From positions 1,707 to 65,706 of the forward strand of contig JBAYIR010000006.1 in NCBI GenBank assembly GCA_041665505.1: DNA of 64,000 bases, given 5' to 3'. Every line of letters begins with the position of its first letter. Positions within the stretch are counted from its first letter, which is position 1. Position numbers and translations under genes: made by a program. The notes beneath the pieces are model-generated. The model ran no database searches. It saw only the letters and a list, made by a program, of their open reading frames with translations, and was not told the DNA's origin. Origin of the DNA: Patescibacteria group bacterium. Lineage in GTDB: Bacteria > Patescibacteriota > Patescibacteriia > UBA1558 > GWA2-36-10. Below, in pieces: positions 1 to 8,845 of the stretch.

Positions 1-2
1 TA

Positions 3-614
3 TTATCTATTTTTGGCTGTCCAGATATTTTCCCACCATTTAGAAACACTGGCCTCTAGTATTTCTTTGCCTAGTTCTTTGGCCGAGGCAGTTGTTAGAT
101 TTTTATATTGGAAACTCTCTGTATTATTATCTCCTTTTCCAGCTAACCAAATAGCCGCTTCTTTGTTGCCTTGGTGGGCGTATTCTTTTAGTAGTAGCAT
201 TTGGTCAATTCTATCAGCATCTTTGGCTACTAGAGCTTCTGGACTTTGTCTGATTTCAAACTCTTTATCAATTTCAAACAAGTCATCAAAAGGTAGAGCA
301 CCTAGTTGGTCTTTGACAATTTCATCCTCAAATATTTTGACATATTTTTTGTGGACATAGTTATGATCACCACTTCGGACTTCTTTACTATCATGAAGCA
401 AAGCCATCATCACTGTTTTGTAGGGGTCAACATTTTCTAGTTTAGCTAAAAACCAAGCTACTATGGCTACTCGATAGGAATGGCTGGCAATATTATCAGA
501 CAAATCTTGTGATAATAATGTTTGTTGATGCATTCTTGGCAGTTTTCTCATAGTGCCAATTTCAAACAAAAAGTTAACTATACTTTTGTTTTGCTCATCT
601 TTTTCCATTTTCAT
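3..614 (-). CDS. HD-domain phosphohydrolase (YfbR-like 5'-nucleotidase family)
   Basis: 203 aa ORF. Contains an HD motif 'LLHDSKEVRSGD' and a conserved His/Asp pattern typical of HD-superfamily metal-dependent phosphohydrolases. The stop codon lies at the window edge. Confidence 0.6.
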   Translation of the reverse strand: MKMEKDEQNKSIVNFLFEIGTMRKLPRMHQQTLLSQDLSDNIASHSYRVAIVAWFLAKLENVDPYKTVMMALLHDSKEVRSGDHNYVHKKYVKIFEDEIVKDQLGALPFDDLFEIDKEFEIRQSPEALVAKDADRIDQMLLLKEYAHQGNKEAAIWLAGKGDNNTESFQYKNLTTASAKELGKEILEASVSKWWENIWTAKNR

Positions 615-652
615 ATTATTATTGTAAATTGTCTAGTTTCTATATTCCATAT

Positions 653-1267
653 TTATTTTTGACTACGTAGTTGTGACACCCAGCCTAGTCGTCGGTTTGT
701 TTCATTATCTCGTTTAAGTTCTTGTTCAGCTATTCTTTTTTTCATAAGACCTGGTGTTGGTCCAAAAAGAGCTAATTTATCGGTTTTTATTTGAGCTAGT
801 TTATCTATCTCCCCATTAATTTCCGCCTCTTTAGCTGTTTCACTATTTTCAAGAAAGTCGGCAATGTCTTCATAATTTTCCCCGCCATCAAGATTATCCA
901 GTAAAGCTTTCAAATCATCAATTTCTCTTTGTGTTTTTTGCATAACAATTTCAGCGACACCAGGGGCTTTAAATTTTTTAGCCAGTTCACCAACTCCTAC
1001 TTGCCAAGTTCTGGGTCTTGGTATTTCTCCTTTTTTTTGTATACCATGTTCAAGATATTCTAAAGCCTCATTTTGCACACTCATTTCCAATAGTAAAGCA
1101 GTCAATTTATTGGTAATTTCTTGACGAATTTCGGTTTTTATTTTTAAGGGTATTTCAGAAACAACTCTTCTATCTCTTGGCTGACTTGTTTCATTTGGGG
1201 GTGTTTCTACTGGTGGCGGTGTGGCGGCTGTTTCAGCAGAATATCTCTCAAATCCAATTGGTTTCAT
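653..1267 (-). CDS. hypothetical protein (Pro/Thr-rich N-terminus, coiled-coil-like acidic body)
   Basis: 204 aa intact ORF in the same orientation as its neighbours. No recognisable motif. Confidence 0.45.
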   Translation of the reverse strand: MKPIGFERYSAETAATPPPVETPPNETSQPRDRRVVSEIPLKIKTEIRQEITNKLTALLLEMSVQNEALEYLEHGIQKKGEIPRPRTWQVGVGELAKKFKAPGVAEIVMQKTQREIDDLKALLDNLDGGENYEDIADFLENSETAKEAEINGEIDKLAQIKTDKLALFGPTPGLMKKRIAEQELKRDNETNRRLGWVSQLRSQK

Positions 1268-1365
1268 ATTTTTTTATATTAATAATTTTTTATTAGGTCA
1301 GACCGTTATTAAGAATAATAATATAATTTTAACACTAGGGCTATCAGAAGGCAATTTTGTAAAAA

Positions 1366-1926
1366 CTACTTGCTAGAGGCTAAGATTTTTATTTCAGAAA
1401 TAATCTGCTCAGTATTATTTTCATGTAGCAGTAGATAGTCAGCTTCAGATTTTTTTGGCTCATCAAAATTTGGTTTTTGTATCTTTTCATATACATCTTG
1501 CCAATTATGTCCATGTGCTAGACTTTCATCAGCCACTTTGATATTTTTATAGAGTATTGCTTCGTCAATTTTGTGCCTGATAATAATAGTTTGCATATTA
1601 GTATTAGCTTCTTTTGCTTTAGCTAGTATTTTTTTGCGGATATCCATTTTGATATTACATGAATCCAAAAGCACAGAATGTCCATTTTCTAATAAAGCTG
1701 AAATTAAACCAATTTGCATATATTTATTGGATATTTGCCGGAGTTGATATGACGATCCAGTTATTGAATTATCATCTTGAAAAATTGGATAAGTTTTTGT
1801 TAGAAACTCAAGAATGGAATCAGAATCTATCTTAGTTAATTCGGGTAGAGATTTGATTATTTTATCAGCCAAAGTGGTTTTACCAGATCTAGAAAAACCT
1901 ACTAGCATTATAAATATTTGTTTCAT
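1366..1926 (-). CDS. P-loop kinase / AAA-domain protein (zeta-toxin/polynucleotide-kinase-like fold)
   Basis: Walker A motif 'GFSRSGKTT' near the N-terminus. The track ORF extends to 1983 and overlaps the upstream MFS gene. The internal Met (MKQIFIM) at 1926 is the more likely start. Confidence 0.5.
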   Translation of the reverse strand: MKQIFIMLVGFSRSGKTTLADKIIKSLPELTKIDSDSILEFLTKTYPIFQDDNSITGSSYQLRQISNKYMQIGLISALLENGHSVLLDSCNIKMDIRKKILAKAKEANTNMQTIIIRHKIDEAILYKNIKVADESLAHGHNWQDVYEKIQKPNFDEPKKSEADYLLLHENNTEQIISEIKILASSK

Positions 1927-1936
1927 AATTTTGTTG

Positions 1937-3115
1937 TTATAAAGCTTTATGTTTGTGTAAAAATAAAATTGAGCTAGTGGCAAAGATAAAAAATATAATT
2001 CCTGAGGCGGTCAAAGCTAATTGCAGAGAATAGATATCAGTCAGCCAGCCAATTAGCGGTCCAACAATAGCAAAGATAGCTCGGCCAACTAAATTTTTGA
2101 TAGACAATACCGTGGCTCTCATATCAGAACTTACTAATCTATTGACGTAGTCTTTGAGTATAGGGTAGCTGATACCTCTGGTAAAGTAAAAGAGAAATAT
2201 AAATATTATTGACCAGAGTGATTGAGTGAGACTAAGTAGTAGGTAGGCAATAAGCGGAAAAAATATCAAAGAAATCAAGGCATATTTACGGCCAAGTTTT
2301 AGCTCATATTTGTAAGCCAGTAAAGAAAATATCCCAACTGATAAATTAAAAGTTGCCCAAACCACACCAAAAAAAATCAAAGGCAAATTTATTAATTGGA
2401 AATAGGGCTGAATAAAAAATACAGCTGTTAAAGTAGAAGCGCTAACAAAACCAGAATAAATTATTAACCATTTTATTTCATGATGGTGATGCAAAGAGTG
2501 TTTGACTATTTTTAGTATACCCTTGATATTGCCCTCAGGACTTTGGTAGCGTCTCCTTTCGGGTTCTACTAGACTTAGTGCTATAAATATAGTAACAAAC
2601 ACTAAGGCAGCTTCTATGAAAAATGGAGCCCGCAAACTTATAGTAGCTACAAATCCGGCCAGCAAACTGGCAATGCTTTCAGAAAAATTACCAATAGACA
2701 TTAAGCGACCTTCTGTTTGTTTGTAATTAGTTTCTTGTTTCATTTGAGCCAAACTATCATACAACATAGCCGAGTCAGTGCCTGATAAAAAACTGGAGCT
2801 AAAACCCAAGATGATTTCAGCTATCAGAAATTGTGTAAAGCCATAAGCAAAGGAATAAACTAGTAGTCCAGCAAAGCCTAAAATACAAGCTATGACAATA
2901 GTAATTTTTCGGCCAATGACGTCAGAAAAATAGCCTGAAGGTATTTCAAAAATAATAATTGATACAGAAAAAGCAGATTGTAGTATCAATATTTCTTTCA
3001 TTGATAGGCCATTTTCTTGGAAAAATAAAACAATAGTTGGCATTATCAACATAAACCAGCGCAGGGCTTTGATAATGTATAGTTTTGGGATATTAGCGGC
3101 AATATTACTAGTCAT
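1937..3115 (-). CDS. MFS transporter
   Basis: 392 aa with about 12 predicted TM helices. Carries MFS motif A-like 'GYFSDVIGRK' between TM2 and TM3. Confidence 0.7.
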   Translation of the reverse strand: MTSNIAANIPKLYIIKALRWFMLIMPTIVLFFQENGLSMKEILILQSAFSVSIIIFEIPSGYFSDVIGRKITIVIACILGFAGLLVYSFAYGFTQFLIAEIILGFSSSFLSGTDSAMLYDSLAQMKQETNYKQTEGRLMSIGNFSESIASLLAGFVATISLRAPFFIEAALVFVTIFIALSLVEPERRRYQSPEGNIKGILKIVKHSLHHHHEIKWLIIYSGFVSASTLTAVFFIQPYFQLINLPLIFFGVVWATFNLSVGIFSLLAYKYELKLGRKYALISLIFFPLIAYLLLSLTQSLWSIIFIFLFYFTRGISYPILKDYVNRLVSSDMRATVLSIKNLVGRAIFAIVGPLIGWLTDIYSLQLALTASGIIFFIFATSSILFLHKHKAL

Positions 3116-3212
3116 AGTTTATTTTTTTTGATTATCTTCTCTTGCACCCATTACTACAAAAACTATCAGGAGAATGACAAAAATTAAAATTCCGATAATT
3201 ATCATATAATTT

Positions 3213-3734
3213 TTATTTTAAAATTATTTTAGCTACAGTCCTAGCAACTTTGTCTGGCCTTAGTTCGGAAGTGTCTACAATTGGACAATTTGACTGTTTA
3301 AACATTTTTTCCATTTGATCCAAGATATAGATATTGTCATCAATAAAAACGTTAATTGTTTTGCCAATAACTTTTTGAGATTCATCAAAAATTCCGTCTT
3401 TAGTATATCTTTTTTTCAAACGCTTACGAATTATTTCTGGCTGGGCGGACAAAAGTATTTTGACAATTTCTGGAGTTTTGTAATCTGGGAAGTCAGTCAA
3501 TTTAACAAAACCACAGACAACTATACTTTTATTTTCCTTTGTTAAGCTAGCCTCTTTTTCTAGCCAGTATTTTATCTCAGAAATTCTCCAATTACTATCA
3601 GCTTTTTCTGGCACACCTCTTTCGTCAAAATCATGTATTTCAAATTTTTCTATTGGGAGCAATGAACTCAAATAGGGTATTATTGAAGATTTACCAACGC
3701 CGTTGACTCCACTAATAAAAAATATTTTATTCAT
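3213..3734 (-). CDS. P-loop NTPase (AAA-family/nucleoside-kinase-like)
   Basis: 173 aa. Walker A 'GVNGVGKSS' at the N-terminus. ATGA overlap with the upstream gene. Confidence 0.5.
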   Translation of the reverse strand: MNKIFFISGVNGVGKSSIIPYLSSLLPIEKFEIHDFDERGVPEKADSNWRISEIKYWLEKEASLTKENKSIVVCGFVKLTDFPDYKTPEIVKILLSAQPEIIRKRLKKRYTKDGIFDESQKVIGKTINVFIDDNIYILDQMEKMFKQSNCPIVDTSELRPDKVARTVAKIILK

Positions 3735-4312
3735 TATATAATTTTATTTTTTTTAGCTCTATAAATAGTTAGTGCTAAAGATGAATTTAGTAAAACTAGA
3801 TAAATTGGAAAAGCTAATTCAGAAAAGGCAAATGTTTTTAAAGCAAAGAAACTAGTCAAAGCATTAAATATCCCAGTAGAGTAGGCTTCTACTGATTCGG
3901 TCTCGGGATGTTTCCAAGATTTTTTAAAGGTAGGGAAAGCGGCGAACAGGTCGGCACTAATAGAAAATATAATAGCAATCATTGGCTCTTTAGTTATGCC
4001 CCAAAGAATCAAGGCCAAGGCTGATAAAGTACCACAAACATAATCAAATTTTTCTAATTTCCAGTAAGCTTTTTTGTTTTTAAAACTAACAATAAAAACC
4101 AAAAGTGGGGCAAAGCCAGACATAAAGACTGGTAAAATTGCCAGCCTTACTCCGTCTGATATTGCAGCAGCAGTGCCTATCAGTGGCGCGATAGACCACA
4201 TTAGCCAAGTAACTCTATTGGGTTTGGTTTCTCCTTTTAGAGTTTGTCGGATATAGACATATATACCAGCTATTTGGACAAGGGCTCCTAAAAAAACTAA
4301 GTATGGAAACAT
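3734..4312 (-). CDS. integral membrane protein
   Basis: 192 aa with 5-6 hydrophobic helices. No known motif. Confidence 0.45.
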   Translation of the reverse strand: MFPYLVFLGALVQIAGIYVYIRQTLKGETKPNRVTWLMWSIAPLIGTAAAISDGVRLAILPVFMSGFAPLLVFIVSFKNKKAYWKLEKFDYVCGTLSALALILWGITKEPMIAIIFSISADLFAAFPTFKKSWKHPETESVEAYSTGIFNALTSFFALKTFAFSELAFPIYLVLLNSSLALTIYRAKKNKII

Positions 4313-4321
4313 ATGGATAAA

Positions 4322-5104
4322 TTAATAAAGTGTCGAGATTAAAGGAAAAAAGATTACATGTAGCATTATATCAGCAGAGAAGTGAGCTATTATTGCAAAC
4401 TCTAAACCTTTTTTCCAATAGAGCCAACCAAAAACTAATCCGCCAACTCCATTTAGTAGTAGGGCTCGAAAAATTACCAAGGGGGTGATAGTTGTTAGAG
4501 CCGTGGTTATAGGCAGGTGTCCAAGGCCAAACAAAATTGAGGCAATTATAATAGCTGACCAGACTAAAAAATTATTTTTAACTAGCTCAGTTTTTACTTT
4601 TACCAGCTTGCTAATTAGCCAGAGTATAAAAGTCATAAAAAATAATCTCATTATAATCTCTTCGCTAATTCCACCATAAAAAGATGCCAAAAAACCTTGC
4701 CAGATTGGTATAGATGTTTGTCCCATGACATTTACACCCAGTTTGATAAATAAAAAATCTAGTAAAATTATAATAATGCCAGCTAGACAACCCAGTAGGA
4801 TAGATATTTTAATAGGCGCCTTAATATTAATATCAATTTTTTGTTTATTAATATAGCCTTCAAGAATTGGGATTTTGAAGCCTAATTTTTTTGATAGTTT
4901 TAATCCTATAAATAATAAAATAGCAATTAGTATAAAGCTTTGGAGTATTGCCACTATTATTACCAAGGGCAATGGTACAGGAGCAGCTCTTAGTACCTCT
5001 CCTTGGACGGTCATTATATAGGGCATAATGGCAATAATAGAAAATAGACTGGCCGTTAGTAGTATAAAATATAATTTCCAGTTAATTAAATTTTTTAGGT
5101 TCAT
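4322..5104 (-). CDS. CPBP-family intramembrane metalloprotease (CAAX protease / Abi-like)
   Basis: 260 aa polytopic protein. Carries the CPBP motifs 'EEIIMR', 'FGLGHLP' and 'HFSADIM' (EExxxR / FxxxH / HxxxD). Confidence 0.65.
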   Translation of the reverse strand: MNLKNLINWKLYFILLTASLFSIIAIMPYIMTVQGEVLRAAPVPLPLVIIVAILQSFILIAILLFIGLKLSKKLGFKIPILEGYINKQKIDINIKAPIKISILLGCLAGIIIILLDFLFIKLGVNVMGQTSIPIWQGFLASFYGGISEEIIMRLFFMTFILWLISKLVKVKTELVKNNFLVWSAIIIASILFGLGHLPITTALTTITPLVIFRALLLNGVGGLVFGWLYWKKGLEFAIIAHFSADIMLHVIFFPLISTLY

Positions 5105-5247
5105 ATTTTTAAAAATAATTTTGATGTCCTTAAGTAATTAGCTTATTCTATTCTAGCACTAGTTATTTACTTGGGCAATTCAATAGAAATAGAGGAATAT
5201 AGCTATTTAAATCTAGTTGTAAAATAATACTAAAAGGGCTGTTATCA

Positions 5248-5276
5248 TTGACAAATAGTCTTTTATATTATATATT
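5248..5276 (+). promoter_or_regulatory. consensus sigma70-type promoter (TTGACA-17 bp-TATATT) driving the GC-rich gene 5391-5798
   Basis: Exact TTGACA at 5248-5253, a 17-nt spacer, and TATATT at 5271-5276, all in AT-rich DNA. Confidence 0.5.
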
Positions 5277-5390
5277 GTTCAGTTGTCAATCACGGCAGCA
5301 CTCAATTTTCGCTGGAGAAGCTCTAGTACTGTCTTTTTTCTGCAGGCCGCAGAATTATAGACAGGCTAGGTTAACAGGAAAGGACCAAGT

Positions 5391-5798
5391 ATGTTCTCTA
5401 CAGTCAGTTGGAGTGTCCCCGGGACCACAGATCCCGAATCCTGCAACATCTTCGAGATCATGGCCAGAAGTGCGCGTGGTGAAAGCACCACGGCGTCGGA
5501 GGTCTTCATCTCTTTTCACTACTTGCCCGAGTCCTTGGCGGTTGAGATTGCCAAACATCTCAACTCCCAGCAGGCCAGGATGTTCTGGAGGATTCGGGAG
5601 ATCGACCCCATGCAGTTCCAGCCCCGCCGAAAGTGGTGGAAGCCCTTCACCAAGCCGCGCGTGGTTACCTGGCGTGATTACGCCAACCATCTCGGCTTCT
5701 ATGATGACCAGTCATGGTGGGACGCCTGCAAGGGCATCTCGCATGAGGTACTGAGCTACCTGGAGGGCTACCTGGAGACTAGTAATCAGTCGAGCTAA
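5391..5798 (+). CDS. hypothetical protein, GC-rich orphan gene (no TM, no known motif)
   Basis: 135 aa ORF with 'AGGAAAGGACC' about 10 nt upstream. Its GC content is far above the flanks. The overlapping ORFs at 5248-5754 and 5355-5690 are off-frame artefacts. Confidence 0.5.
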   Translation: MFSTVSWSVPGTTDPESCNIFEIMARSARGESTTASEVFISFHYLPESLAVEIAKHLNSQQARMFWRIREIDPMQFQPRRKWWKPFTKPRVVTWRDYANHLGFYDDQSWWDACKGISHEVLSYLEGYLETSNQSS

Positions 5799-5847
5799 AC
5801 ACAGCTCGAGCGAAGTCCGTAGATTGATGTCGTTTCAGACGACTGCG

Positions 5848-5887
5848 AAGGAGGGGGAGCTATTGGCACCTCTCCTTCTTCTTTTTG
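5848..5887 (+). terminator. rho-independent terminator (GAAGGAGGGG...CCTCTCCTTC + TTCTTTTTG), copy 1 of a shared module
   Basis: 10-bp GC-rich stem with a 12-nt loop followed by a T-tract. It is preceded by 'CAGACGACTGC', which is identical to the copy at 9781-9828. Confidence 0.6.
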
Positions 5888-5943
5888 ATTTTAATATTAT
5901 TATAACAAGCTAGTTAGTAGCTAGGTTTTACAAAAAAACTAGC

Positions 5944-6981
5944 TTAAGCTAGTTTTAATTTTCTAACAATACTTTTTTTATCATCAATTTCTATTAAATC
6001 GCCATCTTTAAATATAGCAGTAGCATGTTTGGTCGCTACTATACAAGGTATTTTCATTTCGCGAGATATTATAGAAGCATGGCAAGTCAATCCACCGTAG
6101 TCTGTCACTATACCAGCCACTTTTTTTAGGCTAGGAATAAATTCGGGATTAGTCATGATAGTGATTAAGATATCTCCAGATTTTATTTTGCTCAGCTGTT
6201 CTTTTTTTAGAACTATTTTGGCTGGGCCAGCCACTTTTTTTGAGTAGGTGATAATACCTTTTAGCTCACTTACATTGGCTAGGTTTTCGCTAGCCAAATA
6301 TTTAGTCAATGTTTTTTGAATTACTTGGCGCTTGATAGTTTTGGTTTTGAGATTAGTCATTGCCAGAAGGTATTCATTTTTTCTCTCCAGTAGAATATTT
6401 TGATTTGGTAGTTTTTTGCTAGCTAGATATTTGCTTATCTCTTTACTATTCAAAAGAGTTAAGTCAATTTTTTTATAATATTTTTTTAAGAAGTCATCTA
6501 ATATTTGTAAATCATTTATTTCGTTTCTTACTCTAGCTACTAATTTGTAGTTTTTTTCTTTTATCAAATCAAGCTTTTTTCTTTCAGTGGCATAATTAAA
6601 ATATATTCCAAACATGTAATGTAACCAAACTTTTTCTGCTAGTCTAGCCAAAAGTGACCAAGTTTTAGTATTTAACTTTAATCCGGGCAATTGTTTTTTT
6701 AATTGTTTGTATAGCTCTTCGGCTTTTTTTAGCTCTTTTATAATATATTTTTCATCTAATGTCTCATAATAATCTATCAGCTTATTCATTTCTGATTTTT
6801 TGCGGATTAGGGTCATGACACCATCTTGAGAATAAAACAAAGCATTTTTAAATGTATGCTTATATATTTTATGCATATTGTAATAGCCTTTGATTATTTG
6901 ATTGGTAGAGAAAAAAGACATTTCTCTGGCAGCACTTTTGTGCCAATCATTTTTAGCTGATTTTTTTGATTTGGTATACAT
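5944..6981 (-). CDS. PEP-utilising-enzyme mobile (phosphohistidine swivel) domain protein with an unknown N-terminal region
   Basis: The C-terminal ~90 aa read 'GGLTCHASIISREMKIPCIVAT...DGDLIEID'. This matches the PPDK/PEP-synthase phosphohistidine domain (GGxTSHAAIIARE). The N-terminal 250 aa are uncharacterised. Confidence 0.6.
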   Translation of the reverse strand: MYTKSKKSAKNDWHKSAAREMSFFSTNQIIKGYYNMHKIYKHTFKNALFYSQDGVMTLIRKKSEMNKLIDYYETLDEKYIIKELKKAEELYKQLKKQLPGLKLNTKTWSLLARLAEKVWLHYMFGIYFNYATERKKLDLIKEKNYKLVARVRNEINDLQILDDFLKKYYKKIDLTLLNSKEISKYLASKKLPNQNILLERKNEYLLAMTNLKTKTIKRQVIQKTLTKYLASENLANVSELKGIITYSKKVAGPAKIVLKKEQLSKIKSGDILITIMTNPEFIPSLKKVAGIVTDYGGLTCHASIISREMKIPCIVATKHATAIFKDGDLIEIDDKKSIVRKLKLA

Positions 6982-6986
6982 AAAAA

Positions 6987-7490
6987 CTATTTAATAATAG
7001 CTATTATTTGTCTGATTATTAACTCATCAGCTTTTATATATTGTCCTTTAAAATCAAACCAAACTATCATAAAGTCAGTTTTCTTGATTTTTCTGATTTT
7101 GCCTATTTCCGGATCTTGAAGATAAATATATTTGTCATCTAGCCCGGACACCACCGAATAATGTCCATCTGAAACTTCTGACTCAGAATATTCTGACCTA
7201 CCTTTGGTGAACCAGTCTACAATCACGGGGACTTTTCTGTCCAGCCATTTTTCAATATCTTTGAAACTACTATTGTTTTTGATGATGACTTTAAAACCTA
7301 AGCCTTCAGCTGTTCTTCTGATGTCTTTATCAAGGACACCTATGTTTTTTTTCACTTGGCAAAGTTTGGCTAAATCTTTTTCAGATTTATTAAGGCCATA
7401 ATAATCCAAAACAATTTTTAGTGAAGCTGGTCCGCACATATTAGCGTTGAGAGTTTCTTGGAAGGCTTTAATTTTTAGGAATTTTTTCAT
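6987..7490 (-). CDS. C39-like papain-fold peptidase domain protein (standalone, no ABC transporter)
   Basis: Carries 'QETLNANMCGPASLKIVLDYYG' (catalytic Cys in the Qx5CGxAxL context). Downstream His ('DGHYSVV') and Asp ('LQDP') complete the triad. 167 aa with no signal peptide. Confidence 0.55.
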   Translation of the reverse strand: MKKFLKIKAFQETLNANMCGPASLKIVLDYYGLNKSEKDLAKLCQVKKNIGVLDKDIRRTAEGLGFKVIIKNNSSFKDIEKWLDRKVPVIVDWFTKGRSEYSESEVSDGHYSVVSGLDDKYIYLQDPEIGKIRKIKKTDFMIVWFDFKGQYIKADELIIRQIIAIIK

Positions 7491-7497
7491 AAATCTA

Positions 7498-8073
7498 TTA
7501 TTGTAAAATTTTTTCTAATAATTCAGGAAATTCTTCGGTGCCCATATCATCTAAACAATAATGTCTATGGTTATTCAAATTAATGATTTCTCCACCTAGG
7601 GCTTGATGGAAAATTTTTAAGCTCTCTTTACCAGATGCTTCTTCATTGTTGGAAGTAAACATTATTATTTTATCTACCCGTTCTTTGATAGTGCTATCAA
7701 TATCATAAGTATAAAATTTCTTTTTAATATCATCGCCTGTTTTAGGTATTTTCCAGGGGGCAACTAAAATAAGTTTTGCCACTTTTGTTTTTGTTTCACC
7801 TAACCAACGGACCAAAAAATTAGTAGCACAACTGTGGCCTATTAGGATGGTATTTTGATTAACATTATATTTTTCAAATTCTATTTTAAATTTGTCGTAG
7901 ATTGGCTGCCATGGTTCGGGCATTTGAGGAGTCTCAGTATTTATTCCTTTCAAAATTAATTGTTTTTTAAGCCAAGGCATCCAGTGCTTATTATAAGTCC
8001 TAGTTTTTGGATTTATTGCCTGTTCTTTATTAGAAACACAGCCATGAATTATTATACAATTTTTTGTTTCCAT
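7498..8073 (-). CDS. alpha/beta hydrolase (RBBP9/YdeN-like serine hydrolase)
   Basis: 191 aa. Nucleophile-elbow motif 'IGHSCA'. Begins 'CIIIHGC' like RBBP9-family esterases. Confidence 0.5.
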   Translation of the reverse strand: METKNCIIIHGCVSNKEQAINPKTRTYNKHWMPWLKKQLILKGINTETPQMPEPWQPIYDKFKIEFEKYNVNQNTILIGHSCATNFLVRWLGETKTKVAKLILVAPWKIPKTGDDIKKKFYTYDIDSTIKERVDKIIMFTSNNEEASGKESLKIFHQALGGEIINLNNHRHYCLDDMGTEEFPELLEKILQ

Positions 8074-8167
8074 ATTCGTAATTAATTAATAAGCAAACAG
8101 CTTATTTTAATTTTAACACCCATAATCTAAGAAGGCAAAAATTTTAGTAGAGGCTATGTTTTTAGTA

Positions 8168-8196
8168 TTGACATTTTGTGATAAATATTGTATATT
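8168..8196 (+). promoter_or_regulatory. consensus sigma70-type promoter (TTGACA-17-TATATT) for the GC-rich operon 8288-9772
   Basis: Exact -35 and near-consensus -10 boxes with a 17-nt spacer. An SD 'AAGGGAAGGAG' lies before the ATG at 8288. Confidence 0.5.
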
Positions 8197-8287
8197 TGGT
8201 CGTTGTGATAATTTTGTCCCGTCACGTTGGTTCTTCACATAGAAGTTTCGAACAGTCCCAAACAGTCCTAAAGGGAAGGAGACAGCG

Positions 8288-8830
8288 ATGTTTCGTTACT
8301 TGCAGAGCGGCAAGGCTTTGGTCGCGATGTTTGTGACGAGCGTGATTGTGATGATCACCTCGTCTTTCGTCCTGATCAACGCCGGCCCGGAGAACTCTCG
8401 GGTGGATTTTTTGACCATGGAAGGTCACGATTTGTTGAGCCTGCCGTCGGTCAAGCTGGCCTATGACTTCGCGCTGGCCGACAGCGTGCTCACCGAGAAC
8501 ATCGAGTTTCTCGAGCGGCAAGGGCTCGATCAGGGCCAGGTAGCTTTCTATGGCGACCTGTCCAAGTACTATCAGGAGCTTTGCGGGCTCCGCCAGCAGG
8601 TCCAGACTTTGGCTCTGGAGTACCCTGATTCGCTCAGTGGTAACCACAGAGCCAACGAGGAGCTCAAGCAGGTGGCCAAGCCTGTCATGGCTGCGGTCAT
8701 CAATTTCAGATCGTCTTGGCTGCTGGCTCACGCCATGCAGCATGGACTCAAGTTCTGGAGCATGGCTTTCGGGCTGTCGCTTCTCTTCTTCATCTACGGC
8801 CTGATCTGCTGGAAGCAAGGCCGCTTCTAG
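8288..8830 (+). CDS. hypothetical bitopic membrane protein (N- and C-terminal TM helices, ~130 aa soluble middle), GC-rich
   Basis: 180 aa with a strong RBS. GC-rich codon usage is consistent along the frame. The antisense and off-frame ORFs here are artefacts of the GC-rich DNA. Confidence 0.55.
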   Translation: MFRYLQSGKALVAMFVTSVIVMITSSFVLINAGPENSRVDFLTMEGHDLLSLPSVKLAYDFALADSVLTENIEFLERQGLDQGQVAFYGDLSKYYQELCGLRQQVQTLALEYPDSLSGNHRANEELKQVAKPVMAAVINFRSSWLLAHAMQHGLKFWSMAFGLSLLFFIYGLICWKQGRF

Positions 8831-8845
8831 CTCAAAGGAGCACAC

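Noticed and set aside
3315-4679. Small plus-strand ORFs (3315-3545, 4074-4256, 4485-4679) inside minus-strand genes
   Set aside because: They are antisense to well-supported CDSs, have no RBS, and have low-complexity composition.
5248-5754. 168-aa Ser/Arg/Pro-rich ORF in the track
   Set aside because: It starts on the TTG of the -35 box. It is an off-frame reading of the GC-rich 5391-5798 gene. Its amino-acid composition is typical of wrong-frame translation of GC-rich DNA.
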